This document shows positions 17,968 through 28,602 of a stretch of DNA of 64,000 bases, one piece after another. Source of the DNA: a virus. Its lineage: Duplodnaviria > Heunggongvirae > Uroviricota > Caudoviricetes. A program made the translations under genes and the position numbers. Each line of letters begins with the position of its first letter. Position 1 is the stretch's first letter. The stretch lies in the IMG/VR virus record IMGVR_UViG_3300037455_001096, one strand, 5' to 3'. The notes under the pieces were generated by a model. The model made no database searches and was not told the origin of the DNA. It saw only the letters and a list, made by a program, of their open reading frames with translations.

Positions 17968-20900
17968 ATGAACTCTAAAAACAATTTGTCTTCACTTCTT
18001 GCCCAATTCCTTCTCCTCAACAATAATTCGATAGAGAGTTTCGGCAAGATTAACGAGGCTGTGACATCCGATGCGGATTCTGTCACGGTGAATATCGAGA
18101 ACCCAGACGGAAGCGTTGACACGTTCACCATACCGAGTTTCGGTTGGCTGAAGAACTCAATCGAGCGTCTCAACAACAACATCAACGCTATGTCGAACAT
18201 AACGGGTTACGGAAGCACCGTGCGTTTGAATGACGGCACTTACAGAAAGATTGTGACCGCCAAACTTCCGACAGAGGCTGCTACAATCGAGAAACTCGGA
18301 ACGGTCAATACGTTCAAAATCAAAAGCAACTACTTTTTCGAGAATATGATGAACCCGCTGTTGTGCGTGACGATTGACCTTACGGGTCAAGTCAAGCCCG
18401 ACACGGACAAAATCGTTGTGAAGCGTTTCCTGCTTGACACCGACACAACGGCGAAGCAGGAATTGTTCGACCGCGAGTTCAACGGCAATTCGAAAATCAA
18501 TTACAGCGACTTCCTGCATACTCTGATTGACAACAAGATTTCCTATGTCTTGGACGAGGAAACCGTTTCTGTGCAGCCGAAGATGAAAAGGTACAGCGGA
18601 AATTTCTCCGTGCTGAAGATAACAAACGACACAGTGACCGAACTGATAAACGGGGTTTCGACTTCAAGGGTTCGCAAACTTGTCAAACTGAACACGCTGA
18701 ATTACACAGACAACAGCGCGGGTTACGACAACACTATGCAACTTGCGGTTGGTGATTCCATAGAGGTGAACAGCAATCCCGTTGACACGAGATATGTTGT
18801 CAAGCAGATTGACTCCTCAACCAACACGGTTGTGCTTGAACTCGCCGAGGGCTACCGCGCCGTGAAAATCGGTGCTGACTATTTCAGAATCTCGGCAAGC
18901 AGGGACAATGTCGTGACAACGGATGTGACTGTCGGCTACAACGAGCATTGCGTTGTGTTCGTGAAGGCTGCTGACCCCGATTCCAATATGCTTGCGGCAA
19001 ATTGGAGTCCAGGCACGGGTTTCTTCACCAACAACCTCGCGTTCACCGATTCAAACGGTGTTCAGATGACGTTGCAGCAATATTACCAAAGGTCTGTGAT
19101 AGACTTCGGCGCGTTCTTGTTGAGTTATGCTAACGATTGGTATCCTTCTTCAAGCGAGGGCATCAAGCCCAACGCCCCCGTGTTGAGTTCAACCAACTTC
19201 AAGGTTGTGCAAATCAACAAGCAGGTGACTGATTCGGAGGAAATCACGAAAATCAAGCAACTCAACGCGGAGAAATCCAACCTTTCCGCGCAGATTGCGG
19301 CGAAGAGCAACGCAATCAATGACTTGAAAACGAAGATAAACACAACGAACTACGCTTCTCCCGCACTGAAGAACGCCGATATTGTTGACTTGCAGGACAA
19401 AGTTCGCGAATACGAGTCTATGACAAGCACATACGCTTCAAAGGTCAGCACCATTTCCGCTCTCGCAAACGCAAGCAGCCTCGCTGCGGTAAGCCCGAAA
19501 TTCAGAGTTAGGGGATTTTGGGAAATGCCTGCGGAGCAGAGCAGCGATGCAACGGGTGCGCAGGCAATCATAAAGTTCAAGATTCGCTACCGCTATTTGA
19601 GTCCCGATGGCTCTGCGAACAACGTGGAGCAGATTGGCGACACCGTTAGCGGAAGTTTCTCGAACTACGCCATTGTGGAAAGCGTGCTTCGTGAGCGTGT
19701 CAAGGACACCAACGGGATTTTCCATTGGGCTGACATCGACTTGAACGATTCCGATGAGATAAACATCAACCAACTTGACATCCCTATCACAAAGGGTGAG
19801 AAAGTTGAAATCCAAGTCAAGTCGGTTTCGGAAGCGGGCTTCCCAAGCAATCCTTTGGAAAGTGATTGGAGCGAACCCATAATCATCGAGTTCCCCGAAG
19901 AGTTCTCAACAGACAGCGTTGTTGACAACATACTGAAAACCAACACCGCTGACGAGGCGCAGATGCTCATCAACCAAACCTTGCAGTCAAGGGGTGTTAT
20001 GAGCCACTTGAGCGATGCGTTCAACACAAACGATAAATCGTTTATGCACTCCGCCCTTAACATCGCCTCTGGATTCGTTTCCGAGGAACAGACCCCGATA
20101 AGCCTTTATCAGAAACTCGCTGATATGCAGACTATGATAAACCAACTCATTGATGTAATCGGTGATTCAACGGGTGTTATGGTTGTCACGCTTTCCGATG
20201 AGAACGGCAATGTATATGAACTGAAGAAAGACACCGTTACGAGGATTTTCGCAGGCTCTTACATTAACGAGTCGAAGAAACTCACCGTCAAGAAAGGTGC
20301 TATCATATCAAAGAATTTCAATATCAACATACAGAACACCGCGCAGACGGGTCTTCGCCTGCTCGCCCACATCGCGGGAAGCAGGACGGGTATGGTGAAA
20401 CAGAGCAATCAGTACACAAACGGTAACGACAGCGTTAGGGACTATTATCCGAACAAGGATACATACGATTCGCAGGATACGATGTACAACACATATTACA
20501 GATATGACCTCGTTCCTATCAACGTGTATTCGGAAGACCCGAACATCGTGGACGGCGTTACTTCGTCACCGAATCTGTACCAATCCGCACAATGCAAAAA
20601 CCAATTCCTCAACATTAGGCTTTTTGATGTCAGCGGCGACATCAAGTTGTACAGACACAGCGAAACCGATGACAATATGCTTATCGAGGACAACTTTTGG
20701 GATATGGAGAGCATAATCACGGATTCCCCAGGCGGGGCTTCGTCAAGCGAGTCTTTTTTGTGGAATCCATACGTAGACCAAAACAACAACGGAGGTTTTG
20801 ATTCCACCACTGGAAATCCCATCACGCTCGATATAAGCAACTCTCCGATTACGGATTTTATGGTTCACAAGGAACACCCGTATTTGGCAGACATAGATGC

Positions 20901-21705
20901 GTGGTTGAAGAAAGCCAATGAGGTTTTCGGAACTGGCAACAACGAGCCGATAAGCATTATCACAGCGTACAATCCCGCTTTGAACAGATATTTGTTCAGA
21001 CTTCCGAAGAACGAGGTTTACACAATATCCAACAACACGGTAAAGAACACAGTTCTCGCCAAAAGCACGAAGCCCGCTCTGAAAACGAAGATTTACAAGC
21101 AGATTCCTTACGGTTTCTACAACCTAAACGTCAACGATGTCAGCGGTCTTTCGCTGAACAACCAAAACGAGGAGGCTTATCTCACTCTCACCCACAAAAT
21201 CGGGTATGAGCCGAATGACCAATTCCTTGTCGGAAAGGAAACCTGCACTTCGTTCTTGTTCTTGAACCCCGCAAGCCACGGTCAGATTCAAGTTGACGGC
21301 GACTCGAAGATGAGTTCAAAGGTTGTCACGGGCGGTTCTGTAATCTCCATACCGCTCACTTTCCAATACCGTATGACCGACTATTGGGGAGAAGGCAATA
21401 TGGGCGGCGGCAGAATCCTCGGCGATGCCAATATCTCAACGGTGAACAAGACCGCATTGAGCAACATACAGATGGCTAACCGCATCGGCATTGACATTTG
21501 GAACAGCAAGGACGCTCCCGTTTCATTCGACATAGAAATCTATGCGACATACGGCGATTCTTCTTCCAACATCAACCCAGATTCGCTTATCCAATACAAC
21601 GCGGCTACAATGACAACAGCCGTAAACGGCTCGAAATCAACAGCCTTTGTTACACAGAAAACGGCTTCGGACATTGTTCCCGTGACACCGAAAGCGCATA
21701 TTTAA
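17968..21705 (+). CDS. large virion-associated protein (1245 aa), function unknown
   Basis: Single uninterrupted ORF that is Asn/Ser/Thr-rich. Such size usually means a structural or ejected protein in phages. Confidence 0.7.
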   Translation: MNSKNNLSSLLAQFLLLNNNSIESFGKINEAVTSDADSVTVNIENPDGSVDTFTIPSFGWLKNSIERLNNNINAMSNITGYGSTVRLNDGTYRKIVTAKLPTEAATIEKLGTVNTFKIKSNYFFENMMNPLLCVTIDLTGQVKPDTDKIVVKRFLLDTDTTAKQELFDREFNGNSKINYSDFLHTLIDNKISYVLDEETVSVQPKMKRYSGNFSVLKITNDTVTELINGVSTSRVRKLVKLNTLNYTDNSAGYDNTMQLAVGDSIEVNSNPVDTRYVVKQIDSSTNTVVLELAEGYRAVKIGADYFRISASRDNVVTTDVTVGYNEHCVVFVKAADPDSNMLAANWSPGTGFFTNNLAFTDSNGVQMTLQQYYQRSVIDFGAFLLSYANDWYPSSSEGIKPNAPVLSSTNFKVVQINKQVTDSEEITKIKQLNAEKSNLSAQIAAKSNAINDLKTKINTTNYASPALKNADIVDLQDKVREYESMTSTYASKVSTISALANASSLAAVSPKFRVRGFWEMPAEQSSDATGAQAIIKFKIRYRYLSPDGSANNVEQIGDTVSGSFSNYAIVESVLRERVKDTNGIFHWADIDLNDSDEININQLDIPITKGEKVEIQVKSVSEAGFPSNPLESDWSEPIIIEFPEEFSTDSVVDNILKTNTADEAQMLINQTLQSRGVMSHLSDAFNTNDKSFMHSALNIASGFVSEEQTPISLYQKLADMQTMINQLIDVIGDSTGVMVVTLSDENGNVYELKKDTVTRIFAGSYINESKKLTVKKGAIISKNFNINIQNTAQTGLRLLAHIAGSRTGMVKQSNQYTNGNDSVRDYYPNKDTYDSQDTMYNTYYRYDLVPINVYSEDPNIVDGVTSSPNLYQSAQCKNQFLNIRLFDVSGDIKLYRHSETDDNMLIEDNFWDMESIITDSPGGASSSESFLWNPYVDQNNNGGFDSTTGNPITLDISNSPITDFMVHKEHPYLADIDAWLKKANEVFGTGNNEPISIITAYNPALNRYLFRLPKNEVYTISNNTVKNTVLAKSTKPALKTKIYKQIPYGFYNLNVNDVSGLSLNNQNEEAYLTLTHKIGYEPNDQFLVGKETCTSFLFLNPASHGQIQVDGDSKMSSKVVTGGSVISIPLTFQYRMTDYWGEGNMGGGRILGDANISTVNKTALSNIQMANRIGIDIWNSKDAPVSFDIEIYATYGDSSSNINPDSLIQYNAATMTTAVNGSKSTAFVTQKTASDIVPVTPKAHI

Positions 21706-21723
21706 CAGCGATAAACATCAGAA

Positions 21724-24700
21724 ATGGACATAAACATCATAACTCAATATTGCGACAATATTTTATCAAACGGCAGCGGTTTGCTTGACAAGGCAAGCCG
21801 TATGCTTGTTCGCACCAACCCGAAACTTTCCACTAACGTCAAGGTTATGACAAACGGGAACGGCATTTGGCTTGAAAGTTACGATGCCGACAAGAATTTG
21901 GCGGACAGCAGGTACAAGTCGTTTGTTGTGAGTTCGGAATCACTGTACAACAAAGACCTCGTTTCGTTTTACGGTACGCTTGATTCCGCGTCCGCTTATA
22001 GGATGTTGCAGCAATATGACGATTTGTCCGTGAAGGACGTTTTCGACTCGCAGTACGAGACGTTCTACCATTGCGGCTGCGAATATGTCAAATCGCTCGA
22101 TTATGACGAGCAGTTCGGTTTTGTCGCCCCGCTTTGGTTGGACGAGAACATACCCGACTACTTTGTCATATTCAAGGTGGAAGAGCCTGCGTATGTGTCG
22201 TTCAGTTCACACAGCGATTCCGCAGTCAAGGCTGCGTCCCGCAATATGGTATTCAAAACGGACATACTTGACAAATGCACGATAGTCAAGACGTTCAGTC
22301 TTAAAGATGATTCGCCGATAGGCAAGTACATAAGGAATTACAGAAATCAAGAGAAGTTCCCCGTTTCCCCGCTCTATGCGAGAATGGAGAAGGAAGGCTA
22401 CCTTTCTTTCAACGGAATATCATACGAAACTGGCGAATTCACCGAAGCGCACGAATACGATTTCGAGCGTATGTTCTGCGTTGACGAAACCGTGACATCA
22501 TTCGACAACTATATCACGGGAGGTTTTGAGCGTAACGGCATTGTGTGCGCAAACATAATGAACATCGAATTCCTATTTGACGATACTACCGCTGACGAAT
22601 ACACAATAAGCAGGTACTTCGGATTGTATTGCAATTTCATTGACGATGGTGTTGTCGCCATCGACTACCAAAGGCTTTCCGATTGCGAAAATCTATACTC
22701 AAGAGGTGTTGCAAAATTTGACAAATACACAACCATTGAAACAACGGCATCCAATCCGAGCGGTGTTGTTTTCCCGATAATACCTCCTCAATTCAGCCAA
22801 AACGACATATTGGCGCATATAGCCGAAGTGAACGATGAGCGTGCGGCAAACGGTCAGCCTCCGTTGGATAATATCGAATGGCTTGATGAAGTCGGCAGGT
22901 ATGCGGGACTCGATAGCATATTGTTCCCTACTTGGGACAATGTTGTTGCCGCAGACAATCCGAAAGACCCTTCGGCGAGCGGCGCGTTGAACGGTATGGT
23001 TCATTGTATTATGGACAGACTCGGAAACTTGCACAGCATAAGCAGGTCGGCGCAATACGCGGCAGACGAGTTGCGACTCACAGACAAGATTGTGTCGCTT
23101 ACCGATTTCAACGGATTTGTCAAAACCAACAGAAGCGTTACCTGCGAATACGAGGATACCGTTACTCCGTCACAGACCGTTTTGACAGTCAACGCAAACA
23201 TCGACCCTTACACAAGGATTATCCTTCACAAAGACGGTTTGACCGACCCGATTGGTTATTTGGAGGCGAGTGTCGTGTATGACGACAACAACACACTTGT
23301 TTCTGTCCCAGGGTGGAGCGAGTATGATATGTTCAGTGGAATAGGCGAGACCACTATGGTCGCCATCGCGTTGGCTAACTCGTTCAATGCCGTGTTTTCC
23401 GAAGTCGGTTTGCACGCATATTACTACAAGAACAATGTGGTGATTGTCGCCTGCAATTCGTCAGACGTTTACAACACATATTATATCGAATGTGAGAATA
23501 ATTCAAACGGCTCTGTGGATTCAATCGTGCTTTCAAACGGAGGCAGGTTCTGCGGTGCTAACGATTATCCGCATATCAAGATAAAGGAAATGTATTCCGA
23601 ACTCCTCCAAGTCGGTGAATATATCCGCACGAAAACTTCCCGTGGTTACGGAAGGATTGTGTCAAAGAACATAGACCTTGAAACAGCAACGATAGAAGGC
23701 GACAGAATGACTTTTAAGGACGGCGTTTACTATGACGTGCTGATTGACGAGAACAATGTTATGGTGAACAGAGCGAAAACGGCAAGCGTCTATGACGAGT
23801 TTGAGGTCTCTTTCGGCAGGCTTTCGTTTTTCCCCGTACACGACTTTGATTTTCAGACAACAACTCCCGTAACGCAATATGGCGATTTTGGCGAACTCGA
23901 CTACGAGAGATGCTATCTCGCGCAAGATGCTGTGGAAACCGAAAACGGGGGCGAGGATGTGACGGTTTTGACACACTATGACTTCGAGGTTGACGGCGAA
24001 ACTCTGACTCTTCTTTTTGAAACGGACGGCGACACGGATATAGTCGGTGTTGAAAACTATGTCGTGACAGTTGACCCGAATGACCCCGACACATTCAACG
24101 TGAGTATGGTTCTGAATCTCTATAACGAGGACTTCAATCCGAGCGGGGAAACTACGAGTGTGGAGCCAGACTTCGATTTCTGCAACCTCAACAGCGACTT
24201 GGCTGACGGTTCTCTCGTCAGCAGCGAGTATGCGAGACTGTACGAGAATTTCAGCAGGGACTTTATGCTGCTTTCAAAGACAGCACCTTACATAAACAAG
24301 TGGGTTTACCACGACAACGGATTTGACGTTAGGGAGCGAAAATACAGATTGAACACGAACCCCGTGTTCGGTATGAACTCGTTTGCCCCCGACCCATACA
24401 CATACAATGACGTAAGCACGAATCCGAGCGGCTTCGGTTGCGAGTGGTACTACATATTCGACAAATTCCCGAAGAAAGAACCCGATACGTTTGACTTCAC
24501 AAGGCTTTGGAGTTACATAGGTGATGTCTGCCCAATCGACAGCGGTTCTACTGCGGAGGAAACTTTGGAGCGTATGTTCCTTGACACGGACACAAACTAC
24601 TTCAATGTGTTTTTTGTCAGAGACCACATTGTCAGTATGCAGAGTGACGGGAATGTTTTGTACGACACGCTGAACTATGTCAAGAAATATTCGCTCATAG

Positions 24701-26700
24701 AGAATGGCAGCGGCAATACAACAGCCGAGACATTTTTCCGTGGGGCTAAAATCGAGTTCTTGCAGAAAACATACTACGGCGAGAAGATTGACAACAATCT
24801 GAATTCGCTTATGGTCAAGACCGACAATATGCTGAACGGTTACAAGTTCACTGCGGTCATTGTGCCGATAAGCGAGAGCGGTGCTTTGGACAACCCGAAG
24901 ATAAAGGTGATACGCAATGATGTGTTCAAGTTTGTTGTTATGCTTGTATTTGTTGTGAGGGAGTACAAGGATGCTTTGGATATTGACGAGTCATCCGAAT
25001 CGCAGTTCAACGCGGGCAACATCACAAGATACCTGCTATACAATCCGCAGAAGGTCTTGAGCGAGGACGCTTACGGCTACGAAACCAATGTGGCGCAGTC
25101 AATCGCGGAAAACCCGATATACGGCAATGAGGCGCGTATAACCGTCAAGGGAAGGGGAACGCTGATTGGATATACTCCGCAAACACACTATATCAAAGGA
25201 AATGACACGAATTTCTTGAACGACTTTTCCGATGACAGCAGGCTTCTGATTGTCGTGAAAAGGTGGTACGCGCTCAACACGGAGTACCGTGTTTACAAAG
25301 TGAAAAGCATTGATACCAACTGCGATATGAAGGTTGAGGCGTTTGACGATGTTGCGAGCGACAACAGATATTCGTCACTCATATCTTATATCAACGGAAC
25401 TTTGGGTTGGACAATGGTGCAGGATGACAACATACCAGAGGGATTGACGGATTACTATATCGCTTACTGCGATGCGGAGGTGTTCGCGGACTATTACAAT
25501 TCCTGCGATTTCTTCAACATCGTAAACAATGTGAACTATACGCAGTCCAATGACGTTTCTTACCTGCACGTTGACCGCAGCGGTAATGTTTACAAAAGCG
25601 ACAACGGCGAGTATTCATACGCATTGAGGTTCGTTATGCCTGCGGAGAATGCGAAGTACGAATATCTCGACTATTCGTTTGACGGCGAGATTGTGTCGTA
25701 TATGAACAATCCGAGGTATTCGTTCCGTATGCACAGATACGGTGGTTGGTTCGAGCCGCTTACAAACCCCGTGCTTTATTTCAAAGACCCGTATCTGAAG
25801 GACGCATTCGAAGACCCGTACAAGGACAACCCGCAAATGGATAGTTTTGCGGACAGCGGCTATCTGTATAAAAAGGTCGCGCTGCTCACTTCCCGTTATA
25901 TGAACACCTGCTTCGCATACGACTATAATGGATTCGGCATTGTCAAGCAGATGGCTTATCATAGGGTGAACGACACGAACAACAATCCGTTCAAACTGAA
26001 AGACGGCGACAAGCCTCTGTATCCCGTTTCCAACAAGTTCGCGATAGGATATAGGGATGTCAATGTGTTCAATTCTTCTTGGGATTTGTGGTATTTCATC
26101 AAGACCAACTCAAACACCGATGAACAGTATGTACACGGAACGTTGAGTATGCTTGAGAAATTCGCTATGCTCGGTTCGAAATGTATGACTTTGCCCGACA
26201 AGATACAGATTGAGGACTTCAAACTCACCGACTTGGTTGATGAAAACTACAAATCGGACACCAAGCACAATGTCTTTGCATACGAGAAAAGCGGAAGTGT
26301 TGGATATATAGTTATGGTCGAGCGCAGGTTAAAAGAGTATATGTTCGGGATGCTCAAGGATTATTTCGAGCGTTATATATCGAACATATATTCATACGGC
26401 GACAAGGAAACAATCGATGACGACATAGACAGATACGTGGAGCAGAACATTATGCCTTTGTATATGTTCGACCACTTCGACTTGTATGTCAAGAAAACGC
26501 CAAACGGAATCAAGCGCGAGATGAACTACACCTATGTCGGTTCAAGCGATGCGGTGAAAAACATACACGGGTTGCGCCCCGACAACACATTTGGTTTGAG
26601 CGTTGTCGATTACAGCGAGTTCGACAGAAAGATTGTTCTCAACACGAAAGACCAATACACCTATGAAATTGCATTCACTCTGCATTTGCAGAAACGATAG
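21724..26700 (+). CDS. very large virion-associated protein (1658 aa), function unknown
   Basis: Uninterrupted 5-kb ORF immediately after the 1245-aa gene. Confidence 0.7.
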   Translation: MDINIITQYCDNILSNGSGLLDKASRMLVRTNPKLSTNVKVMTNGNGIWLESYDADKNLADSRYKSFVVSSESLYNKDLVSFYGTLDSASAYRMLQQYDDLSVKDVFDSQYETFYHCGCEYVKSLDYDEQFGFVAPLWLDENIPDYFVIFKVEEPAYVSFSSHSDSAVKAASRNMVFKTDILDKCTIVKTFSLKDDSPIGKYIRNYRNQEKFPVSPLYARMEKEGYLSFNGISYETGEFTEAHEYDFERMFCVDETVTSFDNYITGGFERNGIVCANIMNIEFLFDDTTADEYTISRYFGLYCNFIDDGVVAIDYQRLSDCENLYSRGVAKFDKYTTIETTASNPSGVVFPIIPPQFSQNDILAHIAEVNDERAANGQPPLDNIEWLDEVGRYAGLDSILFPTWDNVVAADNPKDPSASGALNGMVHCIMDRLGNLHSISRSAQYAADELRLTDKIVSLTDFNGFVKTNRSVTCEYEDTVTPSQTVLTVNANIDPYTRIILHKDGLTDPIGYLEASVVYDDNNTLVSVPGWSEYDMFSGIGETTMVAIALANSFNAVFSEVGLHAYYYKNNVVIVACNSSDVYNTYYIECENNSNGSVDSIVLSNGGRFCGANDYPHIKIKEMYSELLQVGEYIRTKTSRGYGRIVSKNIDLETATIEGDRMTFKDGVYYDVLIDENNVMVNRAKTASVYDEFEVSFGRLSFFPVHDFDFQTTTPVTQYGDFGELDYERCYLAQDAVETENGGEDVTVLTHYDFEVDGETLTLLFETDGDTDIVGVENYVVTVDPNDPDTFNVSMVLNLYNEDFNPSGETTSVEPDFDFCNLNSDLADGSLVSSEYARLYENFSRDFMLLSKTAPYINKWVYHDNGFDVRERKYRLNTNPVFGMNSFAPDPYTYNDVSTNPSGFGCEWYYIFDKFPKKEPDTFDFTRLWSYIGDVCPIDSGSTAEETLERMFLDTDTNYFNVFFVRDHIVSMQSDGNVLYDTLNYVKKYSLIENGSGNTTAETFFRGAKIEFLQKTYYGEKIDNNLNSLMVKTDNMLNGYKFTAVIVPISESGALDNPKIKVIRNDVFKFVVMLVFVVREYKDALDIDESSESQFNAGNITRYLLYNPQKVLSEDAYGYETNVAQSIAENPIYGNEARITVKGRGTLIGYTPQTHYIKGNDTNFLNDFSDDSRLLIVVKRWYALNTEYRVYKVKSIDTNCDMKVEAFDDVASDNRYSSLISYINGTLGWTMVQDDNIPEGLTDYYIAYCDAEVFADYYNSCDFFNIVNNVNYTQSNDVSYLHVDRSGNVYKSDNGEYSYALRFVMPAENAKYEYLDYSFDGEIVSYMNNPRYSFRMHRYGGWFEPLTNPVLYFKDPYLKDAFEDPYKDNPQMDSFADSGYLYKKVALLTSRYMNTCFAYDYNGFGIVKQMAYHRVNDTNNNPFKLKDGDKPLYPVSNKFAIGYRDVNVFNSSWDLWYFIKTNSNTDEQYVHGTLSMLEKFAMLGSKCMTLPDKIQIEDFKLTDLVDENYKSDTKHNVFAYEKSGSVGYIVMVERRLKEYMFGMLKDYFERYISNIYSYGDKETIDDDIDRYVEQNIMPLYMFDHFDLYVKKTPNGIKREMNYTYVGSSDAVKNIHGLRPDNTFGLSVVDYSEFDRKIVLNTKDQYTYEIAFTLHLQKR

Positions 26701-26922
26701 CCTACTTTTTCTTGAACGACTTTATGAGTCGGGCGACAACGAGGCACACGCCCGCAGTTATAACGCAGGCGACTATTGCTATGAGTACAGCAGCCCAACT
26801 GAAGCATAGGAAATAGGTCACGCAGGCGACTATCGCAACGACAATGAGGAAAATGATTATGCCGAGTGTTATCATATAAATAGTAATGTTTGAAACATAT
26901 TTATAACTTAATACCAAAAACT

Positions 26923-27540
26923 ATGAAAAATAAGAAAATGAAAATATTGAGTTGCTCCGTTTTCGGCGCACTTTATCTTTTGGTGAGCGTCATAAGTTTG
27001 ATTTGCTCCACATATTTTTTCAAACTCGCCCACAGTGGAATTATGAGTTGGGCTTTGGCAATCGGTTTCGAGTTGGGTGCTATGAGTTGCCTTCTTTCCA
27101 CTATGGTTTTGCCGAGGAACAAGCAGGGTCTTGTTTGGGTTATGTTCGTCATACTGACATTGTTTCAGTGTATGGGTAATATGTACGCGGCATACGTGAG
27201 CCTCGAAAACTATATGGATTGGATTGATATGTTCGGTCTGAACGATATGGAGGAAATCTCGCAGAAGCGTGTTCTTGCCGCAATATCGGGTATCATCCTG
27301 CCTCTCGTTGCCTTGGGTTTCATCAGAATAATGGCTGATATGCTGCAAAGCAACACCGAGGATTCCGTGGAGCAGGAGGCTTTGCCTATCGGAAATCCCG
27401 TTGAGGGGATTGCAGAACCCGAAGTCGTGGAAGAGCCTATACCCGAAGTCGTGGAAGAACCTATACCCGAAGTCGTGGAAAACCCCGAACCCGTAGAAGA
27501 GTCAGAAACCCCGCAGCCCGAATTGAAGTCAAAAAAATAG
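26923..27540 (+). CDS. membrane protein with a C-terminal acidic PEVVEEPI repeat region
   Basis: Several hydrophobic helices, then PEVVEEPIPEVVEEPIPEVVENPEPVEE. The track start at 26890 is TTG; ATG 26923 is preferred. Ends with an A7 tract before the TAG stop. Confidence 0.55.
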   Translation: MKNKKMKILSCSVFGALYLLVSVISLICSTYFFKLAHSGIMSWALAIGFELGAMSCLLSTMVLPRNKQGLVWVMFVILTLFQCMGNMYAAYVSLENYMDWIDMFGLNDMEEISQKRVLAAISGIILPLVALGFIRIMADMLQSNTEDSVEQEALPIGNPVEGIAEPEVVEEPIPEVVEEPIPEVVENPEPVEESETPQPELKSKK

Positions 27541-27560
27541 AGCCGCTGATTGAAGAACCC

Positions 27561-27851
27561 GTGACTGTCAGCGGTGAATCCCAAACGGGAGAAATGGTCT
27601 CGGAAGAAAGTGCTTCGGTCGAGCAGGTTTCTGATATAGTCGATGAATCCGAGCCGAAAGCGGAAGCAGAAGAGGTTTCCGTTATCGAAGAAATACCCGT
27701 TGAAAAGGCTGAATCCAAACAACCAATCGTACAAAATACGGAAATCAAGAAAGAAAAACAGAACAACCGCAAGCGCGAGCCGCAGGAATTCACAACTCCC
27801 GCCGAAAGGAAGATGGTGACGGGCGGCAACACGTTTTGGAAACACGCATAA
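27561..27851 (+). CDS. acidic protein; possibly the -1 frame continuation of 26923..27540
   Basis: GTG start in the track, but the same frame is open far upstream across the A7 tract. The acidic/Pro/Val composition continues that of the upstream gene. Confidence 0.4.
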   Translation: MTVSGESQTGEMVSEESASVEQVSDIVDESEPKAEAEEVSVIEEIPVEKAESKQPIVQNTEIKKEKQNNRKREPQEFTTPAERKMVTGGNTFWKHA

Positions 27852-27852
27852 T

Positions 27853-28164
27853 ATGGGAGGATATGTGTATCTGATATGCGACCCCGCGACCGACACATAC
27901 AAAATAGGTCGCACAAAAAACAGTGTGGAGAAGCGGCTGAAGCAGATTCAGACGGGCTGCTCCTCCGAGTTGTTCATAATGAACTATTACTATACCGAAT
28001 ACCCGAACCAACTTGAACAGATGCTGCACCGCAGGTTCAAAAGCAAGCAGCAGTTGAACGAATGGTTCAAATTGGAACACGATGACATATTCAGTTTCAC
28101 GGAGATATGCGAACACACAAACGATATAATAAAGGCTCTGCACACAGAACCCGAAATTTATTGA
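27853..28164 (+). CDS. T5orf172 (GIY-YIG-like) domain protein
   Basis: GYVYLICDPATDTYKIGRTKN...RLKQIQTG...LHRRFK...EWFKL. Confidence 0.65.
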   Translation: MGGYVYLICDPATDTYKIGRTKNSVEKRLKQIQTGCSSELFIMNYYYTEYPNQLEQMLHRRFKSKQQLNEWFKLEHDDIFSFTEICEHTNDIIKALHTEPEIY

Positions 28165-28190
28165 ATGTGTTTGCACATTTCCGATTTTTT
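28164..28190 (+). terminator. candidate terminator hairpin
   Basis: aatgtg-tttg-cacatt palindrome followed by ccgattttttt. Confidence 0.35.
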
Positions 28191-28200
28191 TATTATATTG
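28183..28200 (+). promoter_or_regulatory. conserved intergenic motif GATTTTTTTATTATATTG (copy 1 of 3)
   Basis: Identical 18-mer recurs at 43854-43871. A near-copy (GAAATTTTTATTATATTAG) lies at 30477-30495. Confidence 0.3.
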
Positions 28201-28217
28201 TTATGAGGATTCAGAAA

Positions 28218-28294
28218 TTGGTTGTTGATAACTTTGTTGATAACTTTTCTGAAAAAAATTTCACGGTGTATAAAAATTTTATATTTTTGCAGCG
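28218..28294 (+). promoter_or_regulatory. promoter/operator cassette copy A (tandem TTGTTGATAACTT x2 plus TATTTTTG -7 box)
   Basis: ttggttgttgataactttgttgataacttttctgaaaaaaatttcacggtgtataaaaattttaTATTTTTGcagcg upstream of gene 28328. Confidence 0.55.
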
Positions 28295-28327
28295 TCAAAA
28301 CAATCAAAATTCTAAAAACAATATGAT

Positions 28328-28600
28328 ATGGAAGATTTAGGAGCAAAAGAACTTATGGCGAAGTCAACGCCAATCGTCTGCGAGCAATGCGGATGTAACA
28401 GATTCATCCAAGTTACCTTGTTGAGAAAGGTGTCGAGATTGTTAATCGGGTCGCCAGAGGACGCGGTTATTCCCGTTCCGACATTCGCCTGCCAAGATTG
28501 CGGCAACATCAACAAGGAGTTCCTTCCGATTGGGATTTCGGAGGACGATAAGCAAGAGAAACCCCAACCCAAACCAAATTCCAACTTAATTCTCCCGTAA
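28328..28600 (+). CDS. zinc-ribbon protein (90 aa)
   Basis: Two CxxC pairs (CEQCGC ... CQDCGN). Confidence 0.5.
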   Translation: MEDLGAKELMAKSTPIVCEQCGCNRFIQVTLLRKVSRLLIGSPEDAVIPVPTFACQDCGNINKEFLPIGISEDDKQEKPQPKPNSNLILP

Positions 28601-28602
28601 TT

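Noticed and set aside
26890-26922. Extended TTG-initiated versions of ORFs (26890, 43347, 43869, and 13261 on the minus strand)
   Set aside because: The ORF track's first codons are TTG. Downstream ATGs give proteins that align better with paralogs or homologs and do not run into upstream regulatory elements.
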